NCBI RefSeq assembly: GCF_006345805.1
Contig: NC_043013.1
Span: forward strand, 33,976,001-34,040,000
Reading direction: 5' to 3'
From: Octopus sinensis
Lineage: Eukaryota
Length of the DNA: 64,000 nt
Positions 50,658 through 64,000 of the stretch are shown here, piece by piece (the first letter of the stretch is position 1; every line of letters begins with the position of its first letter). The notes beneath the pieces were generated by a model. It saw nothing but the letters and a program-made list of their open reading frames with translations, searched no databases and had not been told where the DNA came from. Both the position numbers and the translations under genes were made by a program.

Positions 50658-51867
50658 CATCTATCAATCTATCTTTGTATATATACATATATGAATTTGT
50701 AAAGCATGAAATATTGCGATAAAAAATATACTTCATAAAATTTTTATACTTTTGTCATTCAAAAAACCATGATAAACAAATGATTATTAAACAAGAAAAA
50801 CTTTTAACACAAGCAGTAGCACTGTGTGTGTGTGTGTGAATGTGTGAGTGTGTCTGTGTGTGTGAGAGAGAGAGAGAGAGAGAATGTATGTATATAAATA
50901 AATTGTATGTGTAGATATGAATATAAGTATATTTTTACATATATCTATACACAAGTATTTATAATTCATATATATATGATATATATATATATATATATAT
51001 ATGCTATATATATATATATATATATATATGCTATATATATATATGTATATATATACACACACACACACACACACGCACACACATATATATATATATATGT
51101 ATATGCATCTAAATGCACTTTATATAAAAACAAATATTACATCGACAACACCAACAACAATAACTATTCATATTGAGTATTGAATTGTGAAAGAGGAAAA
51201 TATATACAAGAATCATTACATTCTAGTAGAAAATAATAACAATAACGACAACAACAGTGTTCTGGTTGTAGAGCTGTCAATGTATGAACTCATAGTGTAC
51301 GTTGCCTTGGGACTCACACTGGAATATATCAGGAGGTGTTTTATTCAAACAGGTGTTGCTGACATAATTTAACATCATATATGTCAGTGGAGAAAAGTGA
51401 TGGTGTTCTGGTGTAAGTCGGAGAGGCGTTGGTGGGGAAAGTAAATGAAGTACGGAGGGGGGGGGCTGAGCTGAGATAAAACAATGGGGAAAGAGAAAGA
51501 GAGAGAAAGAGAGAGTGAGAGAATGGGGGAAGACAGACAGAGAGACAAAGAAATATCAGGAAAAAAAAAACTTAATTCCATTGACATCAATAGCAGTAAA
51601 ACCATCGTTGTCATCATCATGATCATCATTATCATCTCATCATCATCATCACCATCCACATCATCAACTGGAGTGGTGGTCATCATCAACTATGATAGGA
51701 ATATATTAATTAGCATCCCCGAGCAATCACAAACGCTAGAAAACTAACCACCAAACATGTCAATAAACAAGAAATATATCCTTCAGTGTGCCGGTGGGTC
51801 TCAACATGGTTGTTTGAACTACTAGAAATAGTAGCCAAAATTTCTTCCAAATCATGCCTTACTATCA

Positions 51868-52088
51868 TTAACCCTTTAATATATAGATTATTCTGTGAAA
51901 TGTAATGATCGTTTATTTATATTGCTTTGAATTAATCATGCATTATTATCATGATGCTTAGGGAGTTTGATGATGAGATTGTTTAGTTTAACAATAACAT
52001 TGTAAGACTGAGGTGAGAGGCTGTATCTGGTCTGCTTCAATATCAAACAAATTAAATATTTTGGCTGGTTTGAGTTCTAAAGTGTTAA
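51868..52088. mobile_element. piggyBac-type MITE (TTAA target site, CCCTTTA termini)
   Basis: TTAA-CCCTTTA...CTAAAGTG-TTAA, with one mismatch in the right terminus. Confidence 0.45.
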
Positions 52089-52321
52089 ATAAAATATCAC
52101 ATTGGATAATGTAGTACTAGATACTCAGTGCCTGCAGAGAAGTAAATGGCCTGGGCAGGCACAACTGAAAAATCTTTTATAGGTTTGCTGAAACTGTATT
52201 GACTTGGGGTTGAATAACAACAACAAAAACAATAGCCAAAACTAAGCTTAACAAAAGAAGTTTCACTTTATTACTTGTTCAGTTAGACATAGCTGTCAAA
52301 TCTTGCTCAAAGATGGAATAA

Positions 52322-52580
52322 ATAAATAAATAAATGCACCCTTTTAAAGCCTAGCCAGGCTCATGGTCTCAGTTTTCCGGTTTCCATGGTGTATGTGTTC
52401 TCCAGCTGGATGGGATGCCAGTCCATCGCAGTGTTACTAATTTTTGCCAGCTGAGTGGACTGGAGCAATGTGAAATGAAGTGTTTTGCTCAAGAACATGA
52501 CGCATCACCCGGTCTAGGAATCGAAACCACAATCTTACGATCATGATGCTGACCCCTAACCACTAAGCCACGCACCTCCA
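52322..52580 (-). mobile_element. SINE with CORE-like and V-domain-like blocks, (TTTA)n tail
   Basis: Minus strand: A/B-box head, TGTTCTTGAGCAAAACACTT, then GCGATGGACTGGCATCCCATCCAG (resembles the V-SINE domain). It is flanked by 75-bp direct repeats. Confidence 0.75.
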
Positions 52581-52659
52581 CTTAACAAAAGAAGTTTCCC
52601 TTTATTACTTGTTCAGTTTGACATAGCAGTCAAGTCTTGCTCAAAGATGGAATAACAAC

Positions 52660-53520
52660 AGCAGTTTGAAAAAACTCCACAACACAGCAATGCCCAGACA
52701 TGGATAACATACATGATAAAGGTTTCATTGTATGGTATGCATATCAAAAGGGGTCTAACAGTACCACAGTGACTTCTGGATTTATTCTGAATCAACAATA
52801 CCTCGCAGAAGTACTACTTGTCCAGGAATTCAAGAATTTATCTATTTAACCAGGGCCAAAAACTCCCACAGAACAGGCAGTTAGGTAGTTCTTGTGAATA
52901 GCCAAAGTTTCCATGAGGATATCATCACTCTTCCTCTTAAGGTGGTGAATAACATCAACATCCCAGATATCAAGAACTCAGATTCTGCTTTCAACTAACC
53001 TAGGACTTCAGCACCTGGATAGAATTGCACTCTGCAGAAAGCATGCAAAGCAAAAGGAACTATACTGCTCATCATCCAGAAATATCTGTAAATATCAGTC
53101 TCTGTTCTTATCTGCAAATCCCCCAGCCATGTCAAATGAAACCCTGCATGAAGAAGATGTTGGTAGCGGATAGATTCCCAGATTGATGCAGAAATGTGTA
53201 CTTTCCATATGAAGTAGAATGACAAATGCTTCAATCTCATCTGATAAAAAACATGAAGCATGACAAGATGGCAATCATAAGGTGATATATGGTAGAGCTA
53301 ATGTATGCCACCACTTTTCTAAGATAACTTTCCCCTCAGTTAATTTCCATCCGAGAATAGCCACACTGATCCCTGATCTCCACTCAGTCTATGTCCACCA
53401 TGAAGTTTTGACTGAACCAAACTCCAAGCAACATTATCAATCTATTGGCCTTGTATCACACAGTGTTGATCAATGGCAAGGTTGTGCTTCTGCAAATACC
53501 AATCTGCAAGACCATTAATC
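52660..53520 (-). mobile_element. L1/Tx1-clade LINE ORF2 C-terminal fragment, decayed
   Basis: Remnants LLGVWF, WKLTEGK, AYISSTIYH and SIRYQHLLHAGFHLTWL parallel Tx1 LLGVWFG..W..R.LSL.G..AYIAS.I.Y..SIC.QHP..GGLGMPWL. Confidence 0.5.
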
Positions 53521-53919
53521 AATCTGGGATAATTTTTGTTCCTATTCCTACCTAATTTCCCTTTAAAATTGTGTTGATTATCTTCAGCTTCATGTTGTAC
53601 AAAAATCATTACTTCTGTAGCAGCAACTGAAGAAAGTTGTAAAGGCAGAAGACATTAGAGAGGACCTTGTGATGGTCTGAGCATGTAATTCGAAATCAAT
53701 CTAAGTGACTGTTTATTTTAATCACTGCATCAATCAGCACTTGCTCTAAAACAAGACTACTTGAAATGAAAAAAGCAGAAACCCTATACTTGATATATGA
53801 ACATGCCATCCACACCTTAATGAACAAATGAATTAACCATAGATGCAAGCACTGCTCTTGCTTTTAACGTTAGGAATACTCTTTATAACAAAATTCAATT
53901 TTAAACAAAGGCATACATA

Positions 53920-54332
53920 TAGGCGTAGGAGTGGCTGTGTGGTAAGAATCTTGCTTACCAACCACATGGTTCTGGGTTCAGTCCTACTGAGTGGCATCTT
54001 GGGCAAGTGTCTTCTACTATAGCCTCAGGCCGACCAAAGCCTTGTGAGTGGATTTGGTAGACGGAAATTGAAAGAAGCCTGTATACATGTATATATATGT
54101 ATATGTGTGTGTGTGTGTGTATGTTTGTGTGGTTGTGTTTGTCCCCACAACATCGCTTGACAACCGATGCTGGTGTGCTTACGTCCCTGTAACTTAGCAG
54201 TTTGACAAAAAACACTGATAGAATAAGTACTAGGCTTACAAAGAATAAGTCCTGGGGTCTACTTGCTTGACTAAAGGCAGTGCTCCAGCATGGCCACAGT
54301 CAAATGACTGAAAGAAGTAAAAGAGGAAAAGA
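53920..54332 (+). mobile_element. SINE family A, full length
   Basis: Aligns to 7204-7606. Confidence 0.85.
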
Positions 54333-54997
54333 GTATACGTTAGGCTTTGAAGCTCATGAACATAAAGTTGTGAGTTCATTTCCTGGATCTTGTAGAGAGT
54401 TGTATCCTTGGACAAGGAGCATCGTTTCACATTGCTCCAGCATATAGAAATGAAAATGAGAATTATTTGACTGATGGTAGGTGTCCCACTCTACCTACTT
54501 GTATCTCTCACAATCTCAATGAGAGTCCAGAGAATGACTGTGTCTGTTCATGATTACATGGGCCCTTTAAAAGAATTAGTGAAAGTGTGGCACAAGCTAT
54601 CAGATCATACTTACCTGCTAATGACATCTCAGGTATATTTACATATATAAATACAAACATACACATATATATATATAATATAATATGCATATAGACAGGG
54701 GGAGAGAGAGAAAGAGAGAGAGAGAGAGAGTGAGAGAGAGAGAAACAGAGACAGGGAGAGAGACAGAGAGGGAAAGAGTTGATGTCTTAATTCCATTCAA
54801 ATTTGACTTAGTTGATTAAATTCAAATAAAGCACTCAATACAAAATTCAAGTATAGAATCCACAATGTATTTATATTATAATGATGCTTTCTAAGATTAT
54901 TCTGACCCAGATGCTGCTGATTGCACTTAAAGATGACCAGAAGCTCAAAATGATAATAGTGTAGATTACTATAATACATATATACATATATATATAT

Positions 54998-55030
<33 letters not shown>

Positions 55031-55064
55031 GTCTCATATGTCTATACATATATACATATATATA

Positions 55065-55112
<48 letters not shown>

Positions 55113-55259
55113 AATCCAAACGGGAAACAAAAAAAACAACAACAATGGAACAATTACAGTATTATTATTAATAGGCGCTCAGGAAATGGAAGCATGTATA
55201 TACATATATATAAATATATATATATATATACACACGATGATAATGATATATATAAATAT

Positions 55260-55680
55260 ATAGGCGCAGGAGTGGCTGTGTGGTAAGTAGCTTGCTTACC
55301 AACCACATGGTTCTGGTTTCAGTCCCACTGCGTGGCACTTTGGACAAGTGTTTTCTACTATAGCCTCAGGCTGACCAAAGCCTTGTGAGTAGATTTGGTA
55401 GATGGAAACTGAAAGAAGCCTGTCGTATATATGTATACATATGTATGTATGTGCATGTGTATATGTTTGTGTGTCCGTGTTTGTCTCACCAACATTGCTT
55501 GACAACCGATGCTGGTGTGTTCATGTCTCCGTAACTTAGCAGTTCGGCAAAAGAGACCAATAGAATATGTACTAGGCTTACAAAGAATAAGTCCAGGGTA
55601 AATTTGCTCAACTAAAGGCGGTGCTCCAGCATGGCCGCAGTCAAAAGACTGAAACAAATAAAAGAGTAAAGGGTAAAGAG
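55260..55680 (+). mobile_element. SINE family A, full length
   Basis: Aligns to 7204-7606. Confidence 0.85.
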
Positions 55681-56211
55681 TATATATATATAAGATGATG
55701 ATGACTATATACATAAGTATGTAGGTACATGTTTATGCATAGGATATATATATATGTATGTATGTGTGTGTGTGTGTATATGATTACAGCTATATATATT
55801 TATGGATATACATGTAAACACACATGAGTGAGCATGTGAGTGCAAGAATATATATGTATGTAGATGAATGCATGGATACATGGATGAATCTATATACATG
55901 CATTAGGCATAATTATGATTTCAAATTTTAATATGTGAATAATTACAAAATAAAGTAACGTATATATATTTACTAACACAAGAGAATAATACATTTTTAT
56001 AACGACAAGTTGGCTTTAATTTTATGTATAAACCCATCTCATAACATTTATATGCATTAATCAGTAATATTCTAGATTTGAGAAGATGTTTACGAAATAC
56101 ACATAAGATCATTTCTGTCACTCACTTTAGATATATGTATGAATGTAGACATGTCCACATGTGAATATATATGTATATATATATATATATATATAATATA
56201 TATATATATAT

Positions 56212-56303
<92 letters not shown>

Positions 56304-56832
56304 TGAGTATATGTGTGTGTGTTTATTTTTATGTGTATATGTGGTTGGGTAGGAATATCTCTGTATATTAAGATAGATAACCATCTAATTTTGCTGCATT
56401 CATGTATAATGTACAAGATAAATACATATATATTTGTAATAAAATATAGATAACGAGTGTCATATTGAAACTCAAACTCAGTTTTCTTCCTCTCTCTCAT
56501 CTTTTATTACTTCTTGTTCTTATCTATCTATCTATCTTTATATCTATATATCTATCTATTTGTCTATCTATCTAGATAGATATATAGATAAATAGGGGAG
56601 ACAGATACATGCATATACAAATGCATGTATACACACATACACACATATACATACACACACACACACACATATATATATACATACATATATACACACAAAT
56701 ACATCTATACAAATATGAGACATATGTAACTATAGGTGTCTATATATATATATACACATACATTCAAGTATATGTACACACACCCATATACATGTCTATA
56801 AAACGCTTATATATCAAGATTTATATGATGGA

Positions 56833-56865
<33 letters not shown>

Positions 56866-56978
56866 TAAGTACATATATACACACATGTATAAATACATAT
56901 ACACAGTACATATATGCATGTATACACATACATATACGCATATACAAACTCAGGGACACACAGGCAGACGCACAGGCA

Positions 56979-57009
<31 letters not shown>

Positions 57010-57241
57010 GCCTTTGCATTTGTATGTGTGTATGTATGTGTGTATGTGTTTAATTCTAAATACTCACATATATTTTCTTCAAGTATCACATATACAATTT
57101 ATGAAACATTTTCATATTCACACATGTAATGATGTTCACTATATTCTCACTTCAAACCCTCTTTCAATTTTATATACTGAAACGAGATAAACTAGTGATA
57201 AAGCATAAAAATTATATGCATAAATACATACTTACATAAAT

Positions 57242-57272
<31 letters not shown>

Positions 57273-57314
57273 CACATACACACATATGCATACATCCATC
57301 TATAAACATCTCTC

Positions 57315-57375
<61 letters not shown>

Positions 57376-58156
57376 ATATATATATATATATATACACACA
57401 CTCATAATTCATGCATTTATGCATAAATTATTCAGGTATATAAATGCACAAACTTATACACATATCAATAAACACACACGCGCACACATACACACACACA
57501 CATTTTATTTATAATTATACACTTTTACATTATATGTGAATGAAATACACACACATATATTGCAGGATAGAAATATATGTTGAGTATATACATAATAGCT
57601 TGTGTGTGTTTGTGTTCAAGAGTGCTAGGGGAGAGAAGGGAGAGGGTGAGACACAGAGGGGGAATAAACATCCATATACACATGTGATATACACATACTT
57701 ACATACATTTACGTATGCTTATGCATTTCTTTTAAAAAACTAGACTCTTTGTATACTCACACACTCATACACAGATACAGATAGCTATATATATATATAT
57801 ATACTTGCATGCTCACACATATACTCATAGACAAAATGCATATATTTAGGTCTATATGTATATGTTGCAGGATATCTGTGTACATGTGTATGTTTGTATA
57901 CTGGAATGTATATATGAAGTTTAGCAACGAACTCTCAGATAAAATATTTTGAATGAAAGGAAGAAAACAAAAAAAAAAATTAGATATATCAGCAAAATTA
58001 TTTTTCCCTGCCCGCCCTTAACGAAAAATAAAAAAATATATGCGAAGATACAAAAAATGGTAAAAAAAGAAAATTATTTAGAAGATCTACATATATATTT
58101 TCACACACACATATATATACATCTATATGTATATACAAATACATATATACATATAC

Positions 58157-58187
<31 letters not shown>

Positions 58188-58368
58188 CATATATATAGTT
58201 ATATATATACATACATATATATATATATATATACACATACATACTTATATATATACATAAATATATATATACATACATATATATATATACATACATACAT
58301 ATATATATACATACATACATATAGATACATACATACATATATATACATACATACATATATATACATAA

Positions 58369-58420
<52 letters not shown>

Positions 58421-58759
58421 TATATACATATATATATATGCACACACACATTTGATGATAAATAATAAATAAATAAATAATTTAAAACCACAGTATCATA
58501 TTGAGGAATCTCTTCCTAATTATGAACTTTATTCAAGAAATGACAGATTTATTCATTCTGAGGAAGAATGTAGATAGATATTCAGCCAAGGAGATTTCTC
58601 TGGAAGATAACCAAATAAATGGAATCCTCCCCCACCTCTCTTTCTCTCTCTCTCTGTGTAAATGTATACGAGGCAATAGATCTCATTGAAGAAAGGGAAA
58701 CCAAAAAGAAAGAAGAAAAAGAAATTTTTTTATCCAGATTTGGGAGAAAAAAAAATGGT

Positions 58760-58762
58760 AAC

Positions 58763-58832
<70 letters not shown>

Positions 58833-58867
58833 TGATGATAATAATAATAATAATAATAATAATAACG

Positions 58868-58909
<42 letters not shown>

Positions 58910-58958
58910 TAATAATAATAATAATGATAATAATAATAATAATAATAATAATATAATA

Positions 58959-58989
<31 letters not shown>

Positions 58990-59120
58990 TTAATAATAAT
59001 AATAACACTAATAATAATAATAATAATAATAATAATATAATAATGATAATAATAATAATAATAATAATAATATGATAATAATAATAATGATAATAATAAT
59101 AATATAATATAATAATAATA

Positions 59121-59155
<35 letters not shown>

Positions 59156-59158
59156 TCG

Positions 59159-59192
<34 letters not shown>

Positions 59193-59265
59193 TAATAAGG
59201 ATATGTGTTATATCTATTGAATTCAAAATTAGTAACTCTAATACTACTAATAATAATAATTATTA
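58760..59265. repeat. About 500-bp (TAA)n microsatellite
   Basis: Directly visible. Confidence 0.95.
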
Positions 59266-59377
59266 TTATTGCAGTTGTAAGGAGAATGATTGATGATGAT
59301 GATGATGGCAATGATGGAAACGTTGATGATGTATTATAATTTATCCGTATATATCTTGTACAGGGACACACACACAC

Positions 59378-59415
<38 letters not shown>

Positions 59416-59629
59416 TTATATATTAGCATTTATCAATATGTAATGCGTGATTTATGTATCATAACATTTTGAATTTTGAGAACATTCTTCCAAATTTATA
59501 AGTGAATATGTTTACTTTCATTCCTACGCACGCATGCACAAATATGTATACATATGCAATATAAGCATTCATACTACATTAATACATGCATGCATTCATA
59601 TACGCATGCAAACATGCATACATATATAC

Positions 59630-59992
59630 ATACCAGTTGCCCCAGCAGATGTTAGCATAAAGCTAAAGATCAATGAAAAAGAATATACCTGCTCTGAACT
59701 AATGAGAAATCTGCAGTTTCTCAACCCAGATTACAAGTTAAGGGTTATACCTGTAATTATTAGGGCCCTGGGATATGTAACACACTTCCTAAGTACCAAT
59801 CTTGAGAAATTAAGCTTCTCAAAACCAGAAAAGAGAAAGCTAATTTGAAGATTACTGTTCCAAGCAATCCCTGGAACTATAAAAATTTGTAAAACTTTCC
59901 AGAAGTTTATCATTTAAATTTATATAAGTAAGTCTAGACATGATGCTATATGCATGAGAATACATACTTAAACGAAAACATACATACATACG
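59630..59992 (+). mobile_element. R4/Dong-type non-LTR retrotransposon 3' end (REL endonuclease C-terminus)
   Basis: PADVSIKLKINEKEYTCSELMRNLQFLNPDYKLRVIPVIIRALGYV..LEKLSF..LI*RL..IPGTIKICKTFQKF resembles the P.D...K..EK..Y..L..IP.IIGALG..GTVKICKTF motif. It is flanked by (CATA)n. Confidence 0.7.
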
Positions 59993-60224
59993 TTTATGGA
60001 AACGATCTTAAATATAACAGTGTAGATAATAATTTTGCAATATAACAATGGTAAATTCATTTCCTCAAATTGACAAGCAGAGAGATCGCTCAAGACAACA
60101 TAATTTCAATGCAGACTTCTTGAATATTTGGCCATGGTTCATTTACACTTACTTACAAGAGCTAGAGTTCATTCATGGATTGAGTTTTCATATATGAAGT
60201 AATTAGACATTATGAACTTTAAAC

Positions 60225-60612
60225 TTTGATAGGTTTCAGCCAGCATAGTCCTAGGCCATTTATTTAACTTAATAGCATCACCTTGTGAAGTCTTTCAGTC
60301 ATATATAGGACACCATGGCCCACTCTAGCAAAGAGTTACTATTGTTGGAGACATATCTGGGTGTAGGAGGTTGGTCTGGGATTTTTTGGAGAAATTTGTC
60401 CAGAGAGCTTTTGAATTTTATGGGATCTGTTTCAGTTTTGATGTATTTTGGTATGGTATTAAAGAGAGCTGGACTGGTTGAGGTAAAGTAATTGTGTTGT
60501 AATGTTGTTATGTATCTTGAGTTTGATTTTTGTAGTGGGCTTTTAGCATGGGGGCCAAGTCTTAGGTGGATTTTAAAATTGATGCTAACATCATTTATGC
60601 AATATTGAATGA
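60225..60612 (-). mobile_element. CR1-group LINE 3' end (same family as 37611-38060)
   Basis: DVSINFKIHLRLGP..TTLQHNYFTSTSPALFNTIPKYIK..DPIKFKSSLDKFLQKIPDQPPTPRYVSNNSNSL. Confidence 0.7.
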
Positions 60613-60625
60613 ATATTGGATGAAT

Positions 60626-61265
60626 GAATTCCTGGATAAGTCAGAGAATGGTGTGGGCAACTTCCTTGAAAGTTCTGAGGAGGGGGAGGAAGGACTTCCT
60701 GAAAAAGTCCAAGGCGGGTGGACAACTTTCTGGGAAGTTCCAAGGAGGGGGAAGGAGCAACTTCTTTGAAAGTTCCGAGAATGGGTAACTTCTCGGAAAG
60801 TTCCATGGAGGGGATGAAGGACTTCCTGGAAAGTTCTAAGGATGTGGAGGAAGGACTTCCTGGAAAAGTCCAATGTGGGGCTGGTCAACTTCCTGCTCTG
60901 AGGAGGGGAAAGGACTTCCTCGAAAGTTCCGTGGAGGAATAAAGGGGAGGAGGGGATGAAAGAATCCTGGAAAAGTCTTAGGACGGTGTGGACAAATTCC
61001 TGAAATGTTCCGAGGATGGGAAGGACTTCCAGGAAAAGTCCAAGGAGGTGTTTGGGCAACTTTCTGGAAATTTCCGAGGAAGGGTGAAGGGGAGGAAGGG
61101 CTTTCTGGAAAAGTCCAAGGAGAGGTTGGGAAACTTCTTGGCAAATTCCGAGGAGGAAAGAAAGGAGGAGGACGAATGACTTCCTGGAAAAGTGCACGAG
61201 GGTGGGCAACTTCCTTGAAAGTTCCGAGGAGGAGGGTGAGGGGGACTTACTGGAAAAGTCCAAGG
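60626..61265 (+). repeat. Array of about 19 palindromic units (ACTTCCTGGAAAAGT / AACTTCCTTGAAAGTT) separated by variable purine-rich spacers
   Basis: Units were enumerated by eye at roughly 27-49-bp spacing. Two subtypes largely alternate. Confidence 0.85.
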
Positions 61266-61689
61266 AGGGGAAAGCAGAGGAAGGGGTGCATCTTTGCAGA
61301 GAAGTGAGATGTGATCAGCAGGGTCGCAAAGGAAAAGTTGAGCTGGGTTAGGATTCTTACTAATAGCCCTGGCATTTAACTATTAATCATCTGTAGTTAA
61401 TCTGTGGTTGTCTTTTATTCTTTAGTCTTAGGTCAGTCATGATTGAGCAAACCTAAGACTGACAATGTTATTACACTTCCTCTAAAACTAAATTATTTAT
61501 AAAAGCAGTAGTGTGTGGCTTGGGAGGATGTTGGTAATGCTTTTTAGCAATTGAGCGACCATGAAGAGAGTCCACTGATTGATTGTAGCGTAAATAACCT
61601 TTTGTTAAATATGGCTGCCTATTCTTACTTCATGTCACTTTTTAAATTAATATTTGTCTTGTTATTTCAGCAATAGTCAAGGCATTTAA

Positions 61690-62300
61690 TGTTAAAGAAC
61701 TGGAAAAGTAAGCAGCAACAACTACTACAATAAAAGCAACCACTACTTCAACATGAAAACTGATAAAGACTGTAGAATTCAACACTGAGGATGTCACTCA
61801 CATCCTAAGTAGATGTCAAAAAATTTAATTATGTTATTATTGCTCACAAATGAGAGATGATATCCAAGCCAGAATATTGTACAGTAAAATCTATGGTGAA
61901 GATAAACTCAAGGAAAAGAAAACTGGTAAAATATTGCAGTTAAGACCTTAGTAAGCAGCAATTCTAACAGGCCAGATATAATGAATTGGGAATGAGGAAA
62001 GAAACTATGCACAATGAGGGAAATCGGGGCTGAGTAGATTTGAACACTGTGTTGAGAAAGAAAAAAGCATCTGGGTCCAAAGAGTGATTCATCAGCAGCT
62101 ACTCTACTCTGGCTATAGATTTAGATTTACACTAATAATTAATGGAACATTTGGATACATAACTAACTACTTGAGCATCAGTCTTGAGAAACAAGGTTTC
62201 GAAAATCTAACGGTGACACAGCTAGTTAGGCAATTACAGATATAAGCAATCAAAACCACTGTGAAAATATGTAAAATGTTTCAGAATTTGAAGTGCAATA
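61690..62300 (+). mobile_element. Older R4/Dong-type retrotransposon fragment (CCHC plus REL region)
   Basis: Remnants DKDCR..EDVTHILSRCQ (zinc knuckle), NRPDIM (REL PD motif) and LEKQGF..LVRQLQI..TTVKICKMF. Confidence 0.6.
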
Positions 62301-63629
62301 AGTGCATATACTAACATGGAGCTAAGCATGCATATTCTTGTGTACATATACCCAAGTCAAAGCACACAGATCTAAACATGCAATAACATACATGTTATTG
62401 CATGTATACATGTATATGTGGGAACATACATATGCACATGCATGTATGCTTATATGCCTGCACATATCTATGCATACATGCATGTATTATACAGACATAC
62501 ATGCAACAGTAAATGTAGATGGTGATATCATTGCTAGAAGTTATATCAAAATGTATGATGAAACGTATTGGGCAATCAATACTCAACTGTATACAGCTGC
62601 TATCACTCTCAAAGCAAAGCTAGGAATTACATGCAAAGGACATGGTAATGAAATAACGCCTGCAACCCAGATGGATGACAGAAAATATCAACAACCTGCA
62701 CTGAAGAATAAAACATTTATATGTCATCATAAGGTAAATAATTTCACAGAGTACCATCTAAATTATGCAGTAAAAAAAAAAACGAATGGTGATTCTACAC
62801 TCCAAAATCTTGAGGGGAAATCAATGAGTTCAAAACTCAAAATGAAGACGTTGAGTGCAAAACCTTGTTGTCCAAAAACTACTTCAATAATATAGTATTA
62901 AACACATGTTTGCTTCTAATCCAGAAGTTCTATGCTAGAGGATAAAAAAATTATCAATATCTCCATAAAAATGTCCCTTCTTGTAAAGTTTTAAAATAAA
63001 TTTGGTCTAAGATCTAGAATAAAAACCAGGACTTCAATCAGAATGTATCACATCTAAATACAATCATGAATAAGAACCGAAGCAATATTAAAAGTGAAAT
63101 TTACACAATCGACCTTTGAAATTTTCACCAAAGATGTGAGAAAGTTGTTTAATGGGAGGGCATTTGGAAGAAACCTAATAGCTGCATACTTGTACAAGAT
63201 GTTGATGTTTAGCAGAAAGTCCCTTACAAACTTATTTCAAAGAAAAAATGGGAAGTCAGTTTGCTTATGATGGCTCAAAGAACAAACAAAGCCGCAAGGT
63301 ATTGAAAGGACTTGATGTTGTTAAGCAAACTGGTCTATACAACATATAATTAATCAAAGTTTAATTGCAATACACTTTACTCAACATCGTGTCGAGAGAT
63401 TTTCATTCTTTAAATAGGTACAATCATACCCATACATGGAGATAACTTTTTAAGAGAGAGCTTAAGGTGTAAGGAATTGAATTAATAAAGAAGAGAATTG
63501 AAAAGTGTACATGACAAACGTGGTTTAAAAATGGTTGAATGTTGAATATAGTTAAATTTTTGTGATTAATTTTCTTGTCTCAATTACTGGGATATCGTTT
63601 TCTTAGAGTCAACTTTTACAAAAGTTGTG

Positions 63630-63825
63630 GTTGTGAGGTAAGAAATTTGCTTCTGAACCACATGGTTCTTGGTTCAGTCTCATTGCATGGTACCTTGGCT
63701 AAGAATCTTCTATAACCCTGGGCTGACCACAGCCTTGTGAGTTGATTTGATTCATGGAAACTAAAAACATCTGTTATATAGATACATATGTGCATGTGTG
63801 TTTCTGTGTTTGTCCTCCCTAGAGC
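63630..63825 (+). mobile_element. SINE family A head, diverged
   Basis: GGTTGTGAGGTAAG..CCACATGGTTCTTGGTTCAGTCTC..AGCCTTGTGAGTTGATTTG. Confidence 0.6.
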
Positions 63826-64000
63826 CCATAGTAGAAAAGGCCATTATTTATTCCCTGGTCCTTTTGCATCTTCCCTTCAATGCTAACATGAACAAGATAG
63901 AACTTCTTTTGAATCAGTCATTTCCATTCAAATGCCTTTTCTGATGTCAGCATGTTTAGTAGCCTCTTACCAACTGCTGGAATACGGTATTTAAAAAAAC

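Noticed and set aside
51340-51420. AG...GTAAGT-bounded exon candidate
   Set aside because: Stops in all three frames. It cannot be supported as coding.
60626-61265. CRISPR array
   Set aside because: Repeats are degenerate, spacers are low-complexity and variable in length, there are no cas genes, and the context is eukaryotic.

Overview
AT-rich, repeat-saturated eukaryotic non-coding DNA. The SINE families and the very high density of (TA)n/(CA)n/(TAA)n/(GAT)n tracts are most consistent with a coleoid cephalopod, probably Octopus. This is recall-based and cannot be verified here. No host protein-coding exon could be supported, and almost all ORFs in the supplied track are microsatellite artefacts. 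Recognisable content: (i) dozens of tRNA-derived SINE copies from about four modular families; (ii) fragments of non-LTR retrotransposons (CR1-type, RTE, L1/Tx1, R4/Dong-type); (iii) a 5S rRNA pseudogene; (iv) recent tandem duplications (1.6 kb x2, 788 bp x3, SINE x3); (v) many fold-back palindromes. The main result is a set of at least six sequence-unrelated type I hammerhead ribozyme (HHR) motif families between 16.2 and 41.4 kb. All were folded by hand. Each has a short stem I, a CUGANGA-type core or a specific variant, stem II, GAAA, a self-complementary (dimer-type) stem III and an NUH site. Several sit as inverted pairs inside fold-back elements next to (TA)n tracts, which suggests Penelope-like element termini or non-autonomous derivatives. 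Ribozyme activity is untested.
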